Positions 37,284 through 49,135 of a stretch of DNA of 58,335 nucleotides are shown in pieces. The stretch is from Malacoraja senta (lineage: Eukaryota): positions 1 to 58,335 of the forward strand of contig JAXLNO010000589.1 in assembly GCA_038087875.1 (NCBI GenBank). Reading direction: 5' to 3'. Position 1 is the stretch's first letter; the number at the start of each line of letters is the position of its first letter. The notes under the pieces were generated by a model that searched no databases, had not been told where the DNA came from, and worked only from the letters and a program-made list of their open reading frames with translations. Position numbers and translations under genes: made by a program.

Positions 37284-38323
37284 TAGCAATGTTACAAAAT
37301 TTTGACATTTAAAAAATAAAGTCTGCAATTTATCCCATCAGATAAAGCATAAAAAGAAGTTCAATTTGACACTTAATTCACTTTCATATCTTCAGTATTA
37401 AAAAAGTTATGGCCATTATCATACTCAGAAATTAGCATCTAGTTCCCTATTGCTTTTCCATTGACTTAACACAAAAGCTGTGATCGAGGACAGTTAAAAG
37501 CCCATAACTTTCTTAAAAATTATGATAACTGAAAGAAATTTTCAGTTATTATAGATTGAAGCATTCTGAAACAAATATGAAACAATCTTACTTCGAAGAC
37601 ATGAAAGTAAAGCATATAATTAGTTAGTTACCTAATTGTAGCTAATTACAAAATTCAATTACTAGATCTAAACATCTATCAATTTCTTAAGAATAGATTA
37701 ACATTTTTAAATAGCCTAAGTGTCCAAATAACATTCACACAATAATTCACAATATAACATAATTTTTGCATCTAATTTTCATGAATTTACAGGCCAAATG
37801 GAAGGAATTGAATGTTTAGTACCTGTAAATTAATGGGGATTTAAATCATCTTGTGAGTGAGGATTTCTGGAACACGATCTTTTGGAACGTTCATTTGCGG
37901 TGAATTTAACCCCGTATTGGCATGAAAAATACTGCCGTTAGTTTGGGGAATAAAATCACCGTGTCGCATGAAAAAATGTGAATTAAAGGCTTCTTAAGAA
38001 GCACTTTTATACATTTAAAGAAACCACTTTCGTTTACCTGTCCCGTGTGTGAAATCCGTCCCCGTTATCGGCGTTGACGCTTCAGGAGCTGATTTTAAAA
38101 TTACTCTAGCGCTGACATTGACGATTTAATAAAAATAAAAAATTCACAAAACGCCGCTAGGAACAATTCTTCAGCCAAGGCTTGTACTCCAACTAAATAT
38201 AATTCAGGACAAGGGAGGAGAAACCGCGTTTTAACCCCGCCCCCCCTTAAAGGCGCCAAAATCACGCACACGGCCAGTGGCAGAATTACAGCGCGACTGA
38301 AGGTAAGTTTTGTAACATACCTA
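37284..38323. mobile_element. ~1.04-kb non-autonomous DNA transposon in the L1-B inter-ORF spacer
   Basis: Imperfect TIRs TAGCAATGTTACAAAA / TTTTGTAACATACCTA, flanked by the direct repeat (A)ATATAAC (7-8 bp). Confidence 0.65.
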
Positions 38324-38369
38324 ATATAACCCTCTTGATTATCATCACAACATAAACTCAGCAACATAG

Positions 38370-39384
38370 TTACTTATTCTTGACGGATCCCGCAGTATCT
38401 TGGGCAAACTTGAATGCTTTATCCGGATCGGTAAAAAAGTATTCAGTCCCTTTATAGGTAACTCGCAATTTGGCTGGATATAGTAGGTCAAATCGGAGGT
38501 CTGGTATGTCCCTCAAAATAGCTCTTGACTTGGTGAAGAGTGCTCTTTTCTTAACGACTTCGGCAGGAAAGTCTCTGAAGATTCGTATGTTTTCACCTTC
38601 AAACGTTAGGTTTTTGTTGTTGGCAACTTTCTGCAGAATGTCCTCTAGAACATGGCAGTGATGTACCCTCAAAATCAACTGTCTTGGTGGAGCGGTGCTG
38701 TCTTGCCGAGCTCTCAGAGCTCTGTGAGCCCGGTCAAGTCTAGGTTTTTCATCCAAATTGAGTACATCTTGGGCACAAAATCTCGAAGATTTTTACCATG
38801 TTCTTTGCCTTCTTTCACTCCAACAATCCTTAGGTTCTGACGTTTGGAACGCCCTTCCAAATCAAGACATTATTCTGTTACTTTGGCGAGTAACCCGGAG
38901 ATACGCTCCACCTCAACCGTCAGCTTGTGTGTTGTCTCGACATTTAAAGCCGCAGTAGACTCCAATTCCCGACTAGCATTGCTTTGTTTTTTTGAAGTAG
39001 CAAGAATAGGTTCCATCTTACGGCTGATATCGGTTTCAAGCCTGTGGATTTCCCCTTTCAAGGAGGAATTCACCTCCTCTATACGGGCATCAAACTTATC
39101 AATCTTGCCACAGATTGTACTGTTCATTACATAACACTAAATCCAGAATTGCCTTCTCCCTGGTAGGCTCCAATACAATCTTGCCACAGATTTCTACCTA
39201 CACAGCTGAAATTTCCACCTTCACAGCCGAAAGTTGTTCACCCAGTAGTGATCGGATGTCCTCCAACCCCAGAGGTTGCCTTGCTGCTTCCTCTCGGGGG
39301 TGCTCCATACTCGAGGTCGAGGCTTCTTCGGGGCCTTCAACAACTTCTGGTTGTCGTTTCCTCCGTGGTTGTCTTGGCAATCAT
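38370..39384 (-). pseudogene. L1-B ORF1p, fragmented
   Basis: LDRAHRALR...PPRQLILR...IRIFRDFP...LLYPAKLRV. Confidence 0.88.
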
Positions 39385-39530
39385 TTAGAAATACTGGAGT
39401 CGCGTTCTGCTGACGTCACTTATGCGACACTGAACGTCTGCCGGTAAGTATTTTTAAATCTGTCCGGTTTCGTTTTCGATGGTTTTTTGTCATTTTAGCG
39501 GTGCGGAGCTAAATGGCGCGCATCCTAAGC

Positions 39531-39862
39531 CCATGCTGGGGAAGTCCAGAACAAGGGGTCACAGTTTAAGGATAAGGGGTAAGTCTTTTAGGACCGAGAT
39601 GAGAAAAACATTTTTCACACAGAGAGTGGTGAATCTGTGGAATTCTCTGCCACAGAAGGTAGTTGAGGCCAGTTCATTGGCTATATTTAAGAGGGAGTTA
39701 GATGTGGCCCTGGTGGCTAAAGGGATCAGGGGGTATGGAGAGAAGGCAGGTACAGGATACTGAGTTGGATGATCAGCCGTGATCATATTGAATGGCGGTG
39801 CAGGCTCGAAGGGCCGAATGGCCTACTCCTGCACCTATTTTCTATGTTTCTATGTTTCTATG
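39531..39862 (+). mobile_element. CR1 3' end
   Basis: MLGKSRTRGHSL...GYGEKAGTGY* followed by (tttctatg)3. Confidence 0.9.
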
Positions 39863-39893
39863 GTCTACTCTTCTCCCTCTCCAATTGTAGATT

Positions 39894-42800
39894 TTACTTC
39901 GGAGTCACGTGAGTGACTACGTGAAGAAGACCCGTCAGGGCGCATGCGCGTCATTACGTCTGACGCTTTGGTGCGAACGGCAGCAGGAGGACGGAGCTCT
40001 TCCTGCAGGTGAGTAATTACAGCTCCACCAAAGTCGGGGAGACTTTGGAGGAGTTAGAGAAAAGTAGAGAAAGTGTTTCTGTGTGTTTTTTCCCCACATA
40101 CAGGAACAAGGAAAATGTGCAGGTCTGCTGCTGACAAGGAGAGAGAGAGAGCTGCGGGAGCGCAGTCTCTGAAAGGCAGCCTGTCACCTCGAGGGAGTCG
40201 CAAGCCGGTAGCGGTGCGGCGACAGACTTGGCAAAGTGCCCAGCCGGGTACACAGCCAACGCCAGTCGGGCGGTCGGCATAACCCAAGTCTGTCAGGGCT
40301 ATAGACTCCGCAGAGTCGGGCCACGAGAGTCCCGTCGGGGACAGGATACCGTTCCCCAGCGGTTATCCAAAAGGAGCAGCTCATACAGGGGCTGCTCCAC
40401 AGAGACGCTACAGGGGAGTAATGCAGGCAGGAAGCCATAGAGAAGGCTCTGCTGGTAGTGCCTAGAAGAGGTGCTGCTTCATAAAGCCACACTCCAGGGG
40501 AGTTGTGCAGGCGGGAAGCCATAGAGAAGGCTCCGCTGGCAGTGCCTAGAAGAGGTTCTGCTTCATAAAGCCACACTCCAGGAGAGTTGTGCAGGCGGGA
40601 AACCATAGGTAAGGCTCCGCTGGCAGTGCCTAGGAGAGGCCTGCTTCACAAAGCCACACTCCAGGAGGAGTTGTGCAGGCGGGAAGCCTTAGGGAAGGCT
40701 CCGCTGGCAGTGCCTAGTAGAGGCCTGCTTGAAAGCACCCTCTTTGCAAGAGGTGAGTGCAGAAGGGCAGATACGCTCTGACCCTGAGTCTGACAACTTC
40801 CAAAGGGAGGGCAGGCAGCTGCCAGAGCTGACACCGTGTGCAGCACGGTTTGCCCTGTCGTCGGACGCTGGTGAGCCTCTGGGTGAGGAACTTGCCACCA
40901 GCATAAATTACCAAGTCTCACATCAGCTACAGGAGCTGACAATGGATGAGACAGTAAGGAAGCATGAAGCCCAATCAACTGTCGACTGTTAAAAGTTCCT
41001 GTTGGGAACAGGAAGAATTGGGACAAGATGGGCATACTAATGAGAGCCCAGGAGCATGTGAAGCTCCAGCATATTTTTAAAGTTGCTGGTATCTGGTATA
41101 ACGAGCTTTGCCACGATGGTGTATGGAGAGGCCATGACAAATTACAACAAAAGGCGCTATTGTGGAGTGCCCACTTTGAGATCAACTGCCTCCGCAAGAC
41201 TGCGATTAGACCAACTATCAATTCTAAATATGCTTCACTCTGCCAGCCTGGCACAGTGCAACCGGCACAGCTGTTTGGCGAGGATTTCGCACAGCTGGTG
41301 AAGGAGCTGGAGGAAAGTATCCCTATAAGGGAGGAGACTGGTCCGGGCAAGGGACGAGTCCAGCTACGACGCAGCGCAGTTGGCGTTCGGCGGTAGCAGC
41401 GCCAGGGAAGGTGAGATATCCAGCTCGAGGCCGGGGAAGAATGCCAGGTGGTAAGGAGGTAAGAGGGTCTGGTTCTCATGTAGACAGATCTAATGTGATA
41501 CAATTAAATGTTTACCTCAGATATGTTTATACTGAAGGGTATCGAATAAAGCTTAATGCAAATTCTGATTTACCCATCCAACATGTTCCAAAAAGGAGTT
41601 TGACTTCAGTATCACTGAACAATTGGAAGTTCAGGTGGAACTTGCAAGCATATGTAATAAAGCTGTAATTGCTAAGGCAGTTTACCAAAGCCATCAGTTT
41701 GTGTCCAATATCTTTCCCAGAAAGAAGGAAAAAAAAAAGGAAAAAAAAAGGATGGGGGGGCTGCAGAATTATACTGGACCTGAATAGGCTTAACCTTTTT
41801 GTACGGTATAGTCATTTTAAGATGGAAACGTTTGTGAAGGAGATCTTAAAAATTGCGGATTCAGTGTCTGTTCATTTGCAGGATAGAAGATTTAAAATTC
41901 AGCTGGATGGGGCAATTATGCCAATACAATGCACTGTCTAATGGTATGTCTTCAGCTCCTAGAGTGATTACAAAGTTGTTAAAACTTATTCTAGGCATGA
42001 TGAGAAGTCAAGGGCATGTGCTCATGGCTTAACTAGATAATATCTTGATTGTAGGACAATCAAAGGAAACAGCTGAAGCATCAGTGGCAGTTGGTAAAAA
42101 CCACTTTTTAACATAAGCTATCCAGAGAAATCTAAATTTATACCTGTGACACAAATTGACTAGTTGGGTTCACAATAGACTTAATCAACATGATTGTGAC
42201 CTTGCCCAGGCAAAAAAGGGTAGAGCTAATTAAGAGCTGTATCAAGTTAATTGCTGACACACAGCCTTCAATTAGCCAGGTGACAGGTCTGCTGTGGTAA
42301 TTGCTGGCAGCATTTCCAGCAGTTCAATATGGCCACTTTATTATCTACAATTACAAAGGTCAAAGGAACAAGCACTGAGGATACATTGGGGTCATTATAA
42401 TAGACCTATGCTTCTATCAACAGAGGCTGTTGCTGATGTACAATGGTGGATTCAGCATGTGTCCACTAGTAGTTCCAAAGTGTTATTGGACCAAGCTTCC
42501 ATGATTTTGCAGACAGATGTCAGAGCACTTGGTTGGGGTGCTACTGATAAAAGATCCAGCTGTGGAGACAGATGGACGTTGCTTCTGCAAACATGGGTAA
42601 TTAACCAAGAGTATTTTATGGACTCGAGGCTTATGGCACTAACAAAACTAGTTTGCATGTCCAGTGCCAAATACACAGCCCTACAGCGGTTGCTGATATG
42701 AATCACATGGGTGGAATCAAATCGTTATCATGCGACAGGTTGGCAAATAAAATTGGACCTGGAGTATGGATATTTGGATTGGAGCTATCTTCCAGGGAAA

Positions 42801-44755
42801 CTTAATGTAGTACCAGATGGCAGGTCACGAAAATTCTGTGATAATACAGAGTGGATGTTGAACCAAGATGTGTTCAAGAACACAGTACTTCTATATGGAA
42901 GGCCAAAATATGTTTCATGGGCACCAGATCCAGGGGCAGTGGCAATTGATGCTTTTTCACTAAATTGGGATGATATGTTTGTGTACATTTTCCCACCATT
43001 CTTCCTCATAGGTCGGCGTTTGAGAAAATGAAGCAGGATGCCGCTTCAGGGGTTTTGGTGATACCAAATTGCCCGATTCAACCATGGTTCCCTTTGATGT
43101 TACAGATAGCGATCCAATCTCCTTTTGCTGATTCCAAACAGTAGGAATTTGCTGGAGCATCCAGTAACGCGTTAAGTTCATCCGTTATGTGATCGTATTG
43201 ATCTGTTAAATTGCAGGTTTAAGAATGCCTTACATTGGTCGAGGACTTTCTAGGCCAAGGGTGGATATACTCACTGCAGCCTGGAGAAAGAGTACTCAAA
43301 AACAGTATATCAATTATGTTAAAAAATGGGAACAATATGGTGTTCAAAAGAATATTCAATATGATACTGTAGTTATTGAAAATGTGTTAGAGTTTTAGCT
43401 ATACTGCTATACACTAGCTGTATGTATAGCTATACTGCTATACATACAGCTAGAAGTGCTTTGTCGGCATATTTTGTAATAGGTACAACGGACACAAAGT
43501 ATAGGTTCTCACCCTCTCATATCTAGGTTGATGAAAGGAATCTTTAATTCCAAACCACCTAAGCCTAGGTATATGGTAATCTGCGATGTAAGCGTTGTTC
43601 TTAACATGCTTCGTCATTGGGTCCCTGTCACGTCTATAACTTTGTTAAAATTAACCATGAAATTGGCTATGCTAATGGCATTGGTGTCAGTACAGAGAGT
43701 GCAGACTTTGCAACAACTTCAGTTAGATAGAATGAAAGTGACTACAGAGAATGTTCTGTTTTATATTTATGACCTGCTCAAACAAAGCAGGCCAGGTGTG
43801 ACAGGATTTAAGATTGTGTTCTCATCATATCCTACAGCTCCAGCTTTATGTGTACCGACACATTTGTTACATTACATTGAAGCCACAAGGGCTTTAAGAC
43901 AAGAAGAAACAGGATTATTTGTCAGTTACAAGAAGCCAACATAAGAGACTGGCAGTTCAGACTATCTCAAGGTGGTTAAAGCAATAGTTGGTTCAGGCAG
44001 GAATTAACATTTATGTGTTTACATCTCATTCCACTAGCGCAGTAGCAACATCCGCGGTCAGGGCGATGGACGTTCCCATCGACCCTATATTAAAAGCCGC
44101 AGGTTGGAACAATGAACTTGTGTTTCAGCAATACTACCATCGGCCGATTGCCGATGGAGGGCTGTTTGCCAACGCAATATTGAGTGCTGTTGCTATTGTT
44201 TAAAGTCTGTTTTCAATACTGTTTAATTCTGTTTTGTTTGTTGCCCGTACATTAAGAGGGTTTATTGGTTGGTTTTATGACCAAAAATAAAACTGTTTTG
44301 TTTTTGCATGATATGCAATGTCATGTTTACAGCATTATTGATGATACTCAGAGTCAATCGATGCAGTGAGAAGCTGGGATTTTGATCTGCGGCATGAAAA
44401 TCACAGAGCTTTAAAATCTTCACGTAGTCACTCACGTGACTCCGAAGTAAAATAGTAAGATTAAACGAGAACTTACCAGTTTGAAGTTTGATCTTTATTT
44501 TATGAGGAGTTACGTTGGTGATTACGTGCCCGCCACGCCCAACCCTCTCTCATAGAAAAAAGGTCATAATGGTAGTTCTCATGTTGATCATCTTAATATG
44601 TTACTTCAATTATGGTGTTGTCTGTGATTTCATACCGCTGCTTTGAAGATTGACGCGCATGCGCCCTGACGGGTCTTCTTCACGTAATCACCAACGTAAC
44701 TCCTCATAAAATAAAGATCAAACTTCAAACTGGTAAGTTCTCGTTTAATCTTACT
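39894..44755 (+). mobile_element. DIRS retrotransposon copy 2 (full length, decayed), inserted in a CR1
   Basis: Same ITR/ICR architecture as copy 1 (ICR ~44417-44528); RT GGCRIILDL...HFKMET; MT DAFSLNW...FPPF; YR ALVSVQRVQ...HSTS...AAGW...YY; ATT at 39891-39893 and 44756-44758. Confidence 0.93.
40423..40730 (+). repeat. 84-bp tandem repeat (~4 copies) in DIRS-2 gag region
   Basis: Units start at 40423, 40507, 40591 and 40675. Confidence 0.9.
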
Positions 44756-44758
44756 ATT

Positions 44759-45955
44759 AAACCTGACCATTTTATGGTCACTGCCTCCTATTGGCTCATT
44801 AACCTCGAGATCCTTTATCAAATCCGGTTCATTACATAACACTAAATCCAGAATTGCCTTCTCCCTGGTAGGCTCCAATACAAGCTGTTCAAAGAATCCA
44901 TCACGAAGGCACTCTACAAAGTCCCTTTCTTGGGGTCCAGTACCAACCTGATTTTCCCAGTCTACCTGCATGTTGAAATCTCCCACAACAACGACAGCAT
45001 TACTTTTGCTACATGCCAATTTTAACTCCTGATTCAACATGCGCCCTATGTCCAGGCTACTGTTTGGGGGCCTGTAGATTAGTCCCATTAGGGTCTTTTT
45101 ACCCTTACAATTCCTTAGTTCTATCCATACTGACTCCACATTTCCTGTTTCAATGTCACCCCTTACAAGCGACTGAATTTCATTCCTCACCAACAGGGCA
45201 ACCCCACCCACTCTGCCCACCTGTCTGTCTTTTCGATAGGAGGTATACCCTTGAATATTCAGTTCCAAACCCTGGCCCTCTTGCAGCCATGTCTCAGTAA
45301 TTCCCACAACATCATACTTGCCTGTCTCTAACTGAGCCTCAAGCTCGTCCACTTTATTCCTTATACTTCGTGTATTCATATACAGCACTTTGACCTCCGT
45401 ATTCACTTCCCCCTCGAACCGCTCACAATTGGCCCTGACCTTACTCTGTTGTCCATTCTCAAACTTTCCTTCCCATTAATTCGAGAATCTGTTGTAATTT
45501 TTCCTGCAGCCACTTCCCCTTCAACTCCATCTTTATACTCCCAATTTGTCAAACCCTCCCCCCCACTATTTAGTTTAAACCCACACATGTAGCCCTAGCA
45601 AAGCTGCCTGCCAGAATGTCGGCCCCCTTCCAGTTAAGGTGTAACCCGTCTCATTTGTACAGGTCACCCCTACCCCAGAAGAGATCCCAGTGGTCTATAA
45701 ACCTAAATCCTTGCTCCCTGCTCCAGCCCCTCAGCCACACATTCGGATCCCCTATCTCCCTGTTCCTCTCCTCACTAGCACGAGGTACTGGAAGCAATCC
45801 AGAGATAACCACCCTAGAAGTCCGGCATTTCAGTCTTCTTCCCAACTCTCTGAAGTCATGTTGGAGAACCTCCTTCCTCTTCTTCCCGATGTCGTTTGTG
45901 CCTACGTGCACAACTACTACCGGCTGTCACCTTCTCTCTTGAGGATGTTCGGAAT
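44759..45955 (-). mobile_element. CR1 5' region: ORF1 SGNH/GDSL esterase + ORF2 APE endonuclease (continues 39863-39890)
   Basis: HVGTNDIG...WDLFWGRGDLYK; YMNTRSIRNK, GITETWL, YRPP, GDFN, LDLVL, SDH. Confidence 0.9.
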
Positions 45956-45958
45956 TTG

Positions 45959-45995
45959 ACGTGTGTGTGTGTGTGTGTGTGTGTCTCTCTCTCTC

Positions 45996-46043
<48 letters not shown>

Positions 46044-46150
46044 ACTCACTCACTCACTCACTCACTCACTCACTCACTCACTCACTCACTCACTCACTCA
46101 CTCACTCACTCACTCTCACTCACTCACTCACTCACTCACTCACTCACTCA

Positions 46151-46192
<42 letters not shown>

Positions 46193-46213
46193 CTCTCTCT
46201 CTCTCTCTCTCTC
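45959..46213. repeat. Compound microsatellite (GT)n(CT)n(CACT)n(CA)n(CT)n
   Basis: Directly visible in the sequence. Confidence 0.97.
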
Positions 46214-46224
46214 ATCATTCAGAC

Positions 46225-47703
46225 CTTCAAGCCTGCACCGCCATTCAATATGATCATGGCTGATCATCCAACTCAGTATCCTGTGCCTGCCTTCTCTCCA
46301 TACCCCCTGATCCCTTTAGCCACAAGGGCCACATCTAACTCCCTCTTAAATATAGCCAATGAACTGGCCTCAACTACCTTCTGTGGCAGAGAATTCCACA
46401 GATTCACCACTCTCTGTGTGAAAAATGTTTTTCTCATCTCGGTCTTAAAAGACTTACCCCTTATCCTTAAACTGTGACCCCTTGTTCTGGACTTCCCCAG
46501 CATTCGGAACAATCTTCCTGCATCTAGCCTGTCCAACCTCTCTCTCTCTCTATGAAAGTCCTGCCATCCCAGGAATCAGTCTGGTGAACCTTCTCTGTAC
46601 TCCCTCTATGGCAAGAATGTCTTTCCTCAGATTAGGAGACCAAAACTGTACGCAATACTCCAGGTGTGGTCTCACCAACACCCTGTACTACTGCAGTAGA
46701 ACCTCCCTGCTCCTATACTCAAATCCTTTTGCTATGAATGCAAACATACCATTCGCTTTCTTCACTGCATGCTGCACCTGCATGCCTACTTTCAATGGCT
46801 GGTTTAGCATGACACCCAGGTCTCGTTGCATCTCCCCTTTTCCTAATCGGCCACAATTCAGATAATTGTCTATTTTCCTGTTTTTGCTACCAAAGTGGAT
46901 AACCTCACATTTACCCACATTATGCTGCATCTGCCATGCATTTGCCCACTCACCCAACCTATCCAAGTCACCTTGCAGCCTCCTAGCATCCTCCTCACAG
47001 CTAACACTGCCCCCCAGCTTGTGTCATCAGCAAACTTGGAGATGTAGCATTCAATTCCCCCATCCAGTTCATTAATATATATTGTAAATAGCTGGGGTCC
47101 CCGCACTGAGCCTTGCGGTACCCGACTAGTCACTGCCTGCCATTCTGAAAAGGACCCGTTTACTCCTACTCTTTGCTTCCTGTCTGCCAGCTAGTTCTTT
47201 ATCCACATCAATACTGAACCCTCAATACTGTGTGCTTTAAGTTTGCATACTAATCTCTTATGTGGGACCTTGTCGAAAGCCTTCTGAAAGTCCAGATATA
47301 ACACATCCACTGGTTCTCCCTTATCCACTCTACTAGTCTTATCCTCGAAAAATTCTATAAGATTCGTCAGACATGATTTACCTTTCGTAAATCCATGCTG
47401 ACTTTGTCCAATGATTTCACCACTTTCCAAATGTGGTGCTATCCCATCTTTAATAACTGACTCTAGCATTTTCCCCACTACCGATGTTAGACTAACTGGT
47501 CTGTAATTCCCTGTTTTCTCTCACCCTCCCTTTTTTTTAAATGGGGTTACATTAGCTACCCTCCAATCCTCAGGAACTACTCCAGAATCTAAAGAGTTTT
47601 GAAAAATTATCACTAATGCATCCACTATTTCTGGGACTACTTCCTTAAGTACTCTGGGACTACTTCCTTAAGTACTCTGGCCCTGGGGATTTATTGGCCT
47701 TTA
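46225..47703 (-). mobile_element. CR1 RT region (continues 48514-48648)
   Basis: YLDFQKAFDKVPH and FADD; interrupted at taat by the plus-strand CR1; 23-bp tandem duplication at 47631-47680. Confidence 0.9.
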
Positions 47704-48513
47704 ATGTGAGGTTATCCACTTTGGTGGCAAAAACGGGAAGGCAGACTATTATCTAAATGGTGGCCGATTAGGAAATGGGGAGGTGCAGCGAGACCTGGGT
47801 GTCATGGTACACCAGTCATTGAAAGTAGGCATGCAGGTGCAGCAGGCAGTGAAGAAAGCGAATGGTATGTTGGCCTTCATAGCAAGAGGATTTGAGTATA
47901 GGAGCAGGGAGGTTCTACTGCAGTTGTACAGGGTCTTGGTGAGACCACACCTGGAGTATTGCGTACAGTTTTGGTCTCCAAATCTGAGGAAGGACATTAT
48001 AGCCATAGAGGGAGTGCAGAGAAGGTTCACCAGACTGATTCCTGGGATGTCAGGACTTTCATATGAAGAAAGACTGGATAGACTTGGCTTATACTCGCTA
48101 GAATTTAGGAGATTGAGAGGGGATCTTATAGAAACGTACAAAATTCTTATGGGGTTGGACAGGCTAGATGCAGGAAGATTGTTCCCGATGTTGGGGAAGT
48201 CCAGGATAAGGGGTCACAGCTTAAGGATAAGGGGGAAATCCTTTAAGACCGAGATGAGGAAAAACTTTTTCACACAGAGAGTGGTGAATCTCTGGAACTC
48301 TCTGCCACAGAGGGTAGTTGACGCCAGTTCATTGGCTATATTTAAGAGGGAGTTAGATGTGGCCCTTGTGGCTAAAGGGATCAGGGGGTATGGAGAGAAG
48401 GCAGGTACGGGATACTGAGTTGGATGATCAGCCATGATCATATTGAATGGCGGTGCAGGCTCGAAGGGCCGATTGGCCTACTCCTGCACCTATTTTCTAT
48501 GTATCTATGTATC
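47704..48513 (+). mobile_element. CR1 3' 0.8 kb inserted antisense into another CR1
   Basis: ORF 47783-48418 plus a (tctatgta) tail. Confidence 0.9.
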
Positions 48514-48659
48514 TAATCCATTCAATTTACCTAACACCACTTCCCGGCTAACCTGGATTTCACTCAGTTCCTCCATCTCATTGACCCGCGGTCCCCTGCT
48601 ATTTTCCGGCAGATTATTTATGTCTTCCTAAGTGAAGACAGAACCAAAGGTGAGGTGAG

Positions 48660-49135
48660 GACCAATTGAAGAGAGAGAGAGAAGCCCAGACTATTCCCAG
48701 TAAGGGGTATTGAGACAATGTCCAATGCCTTTGAGGTGTGCAGTGACTGATGACTTTGATATGCGACTGCCTTGTACCAAATGACTGATGCCTTTGATGC
48801 GACTGATGATTGACAAGAGACAAACTCAGATGCATCCTGTGGTAATGTGTATTGACTGTACCTCTGACCATGACTACCGTCTTTTGAATGTGCTTAGGTG
48901 ACAAAAGTACAGTATAAAATACCATGTAATTCTTTGTTCAGGGGAGTAGAGAAAGGAGAGTCAAGTGTCCATGTTGCTTACTTGGCTGGTGTATCCTTGC
49001 CACTTCCATCAACCGATAATTAGTAAAGTTTTGAATTGGTCTACCAAACCGTTTTGTGAGTTGTCTGTTTATTTAAAAGTGAAACATTTTCAAAAGCTGC
49101 AAAAATACGACATAAATCTAGGAATGCCCTGCCCA
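48660..49135 (+). repeat. ERV 5' LTR (5'-truncated)
   Basis: Aligns to 53335-53838; TATAAAA at ~48913. Confidence 0.88.

Larger units (their letters stand above)
26921..39535 (-). mobile_element. Older full-length L1-clade LINE, family B, carrying at least four secondary insertions
   Basis: Poly-A end at ~26921; ORF2 pieces at 27279-27886, 28486-31516 and 36226-36303 (ATG 36303; SDH and YADD present); ORF1 pieces at 38370-39384; 5' UTR to ~39535. Confidence 0.9.

Noticed and set aside
18260..40730. CRISPR-like array (54-bp, 84-bp and ~54-bp repeats)
   Set aside because: The repeats are head-to-tail with no unique spacers, there are no cas genes, and the context is eukaryotic TE sequence.
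25129..45955. Single CR1 split by L1-B
   Set aside because: The region between EN and RT is missing and no matching TSD links 26917 to 39535/39863, so this cannot be supported.
45856..46477. ORFs rich in SL/TH/CV
   Set aside because: Translations of a compound microsatellite.
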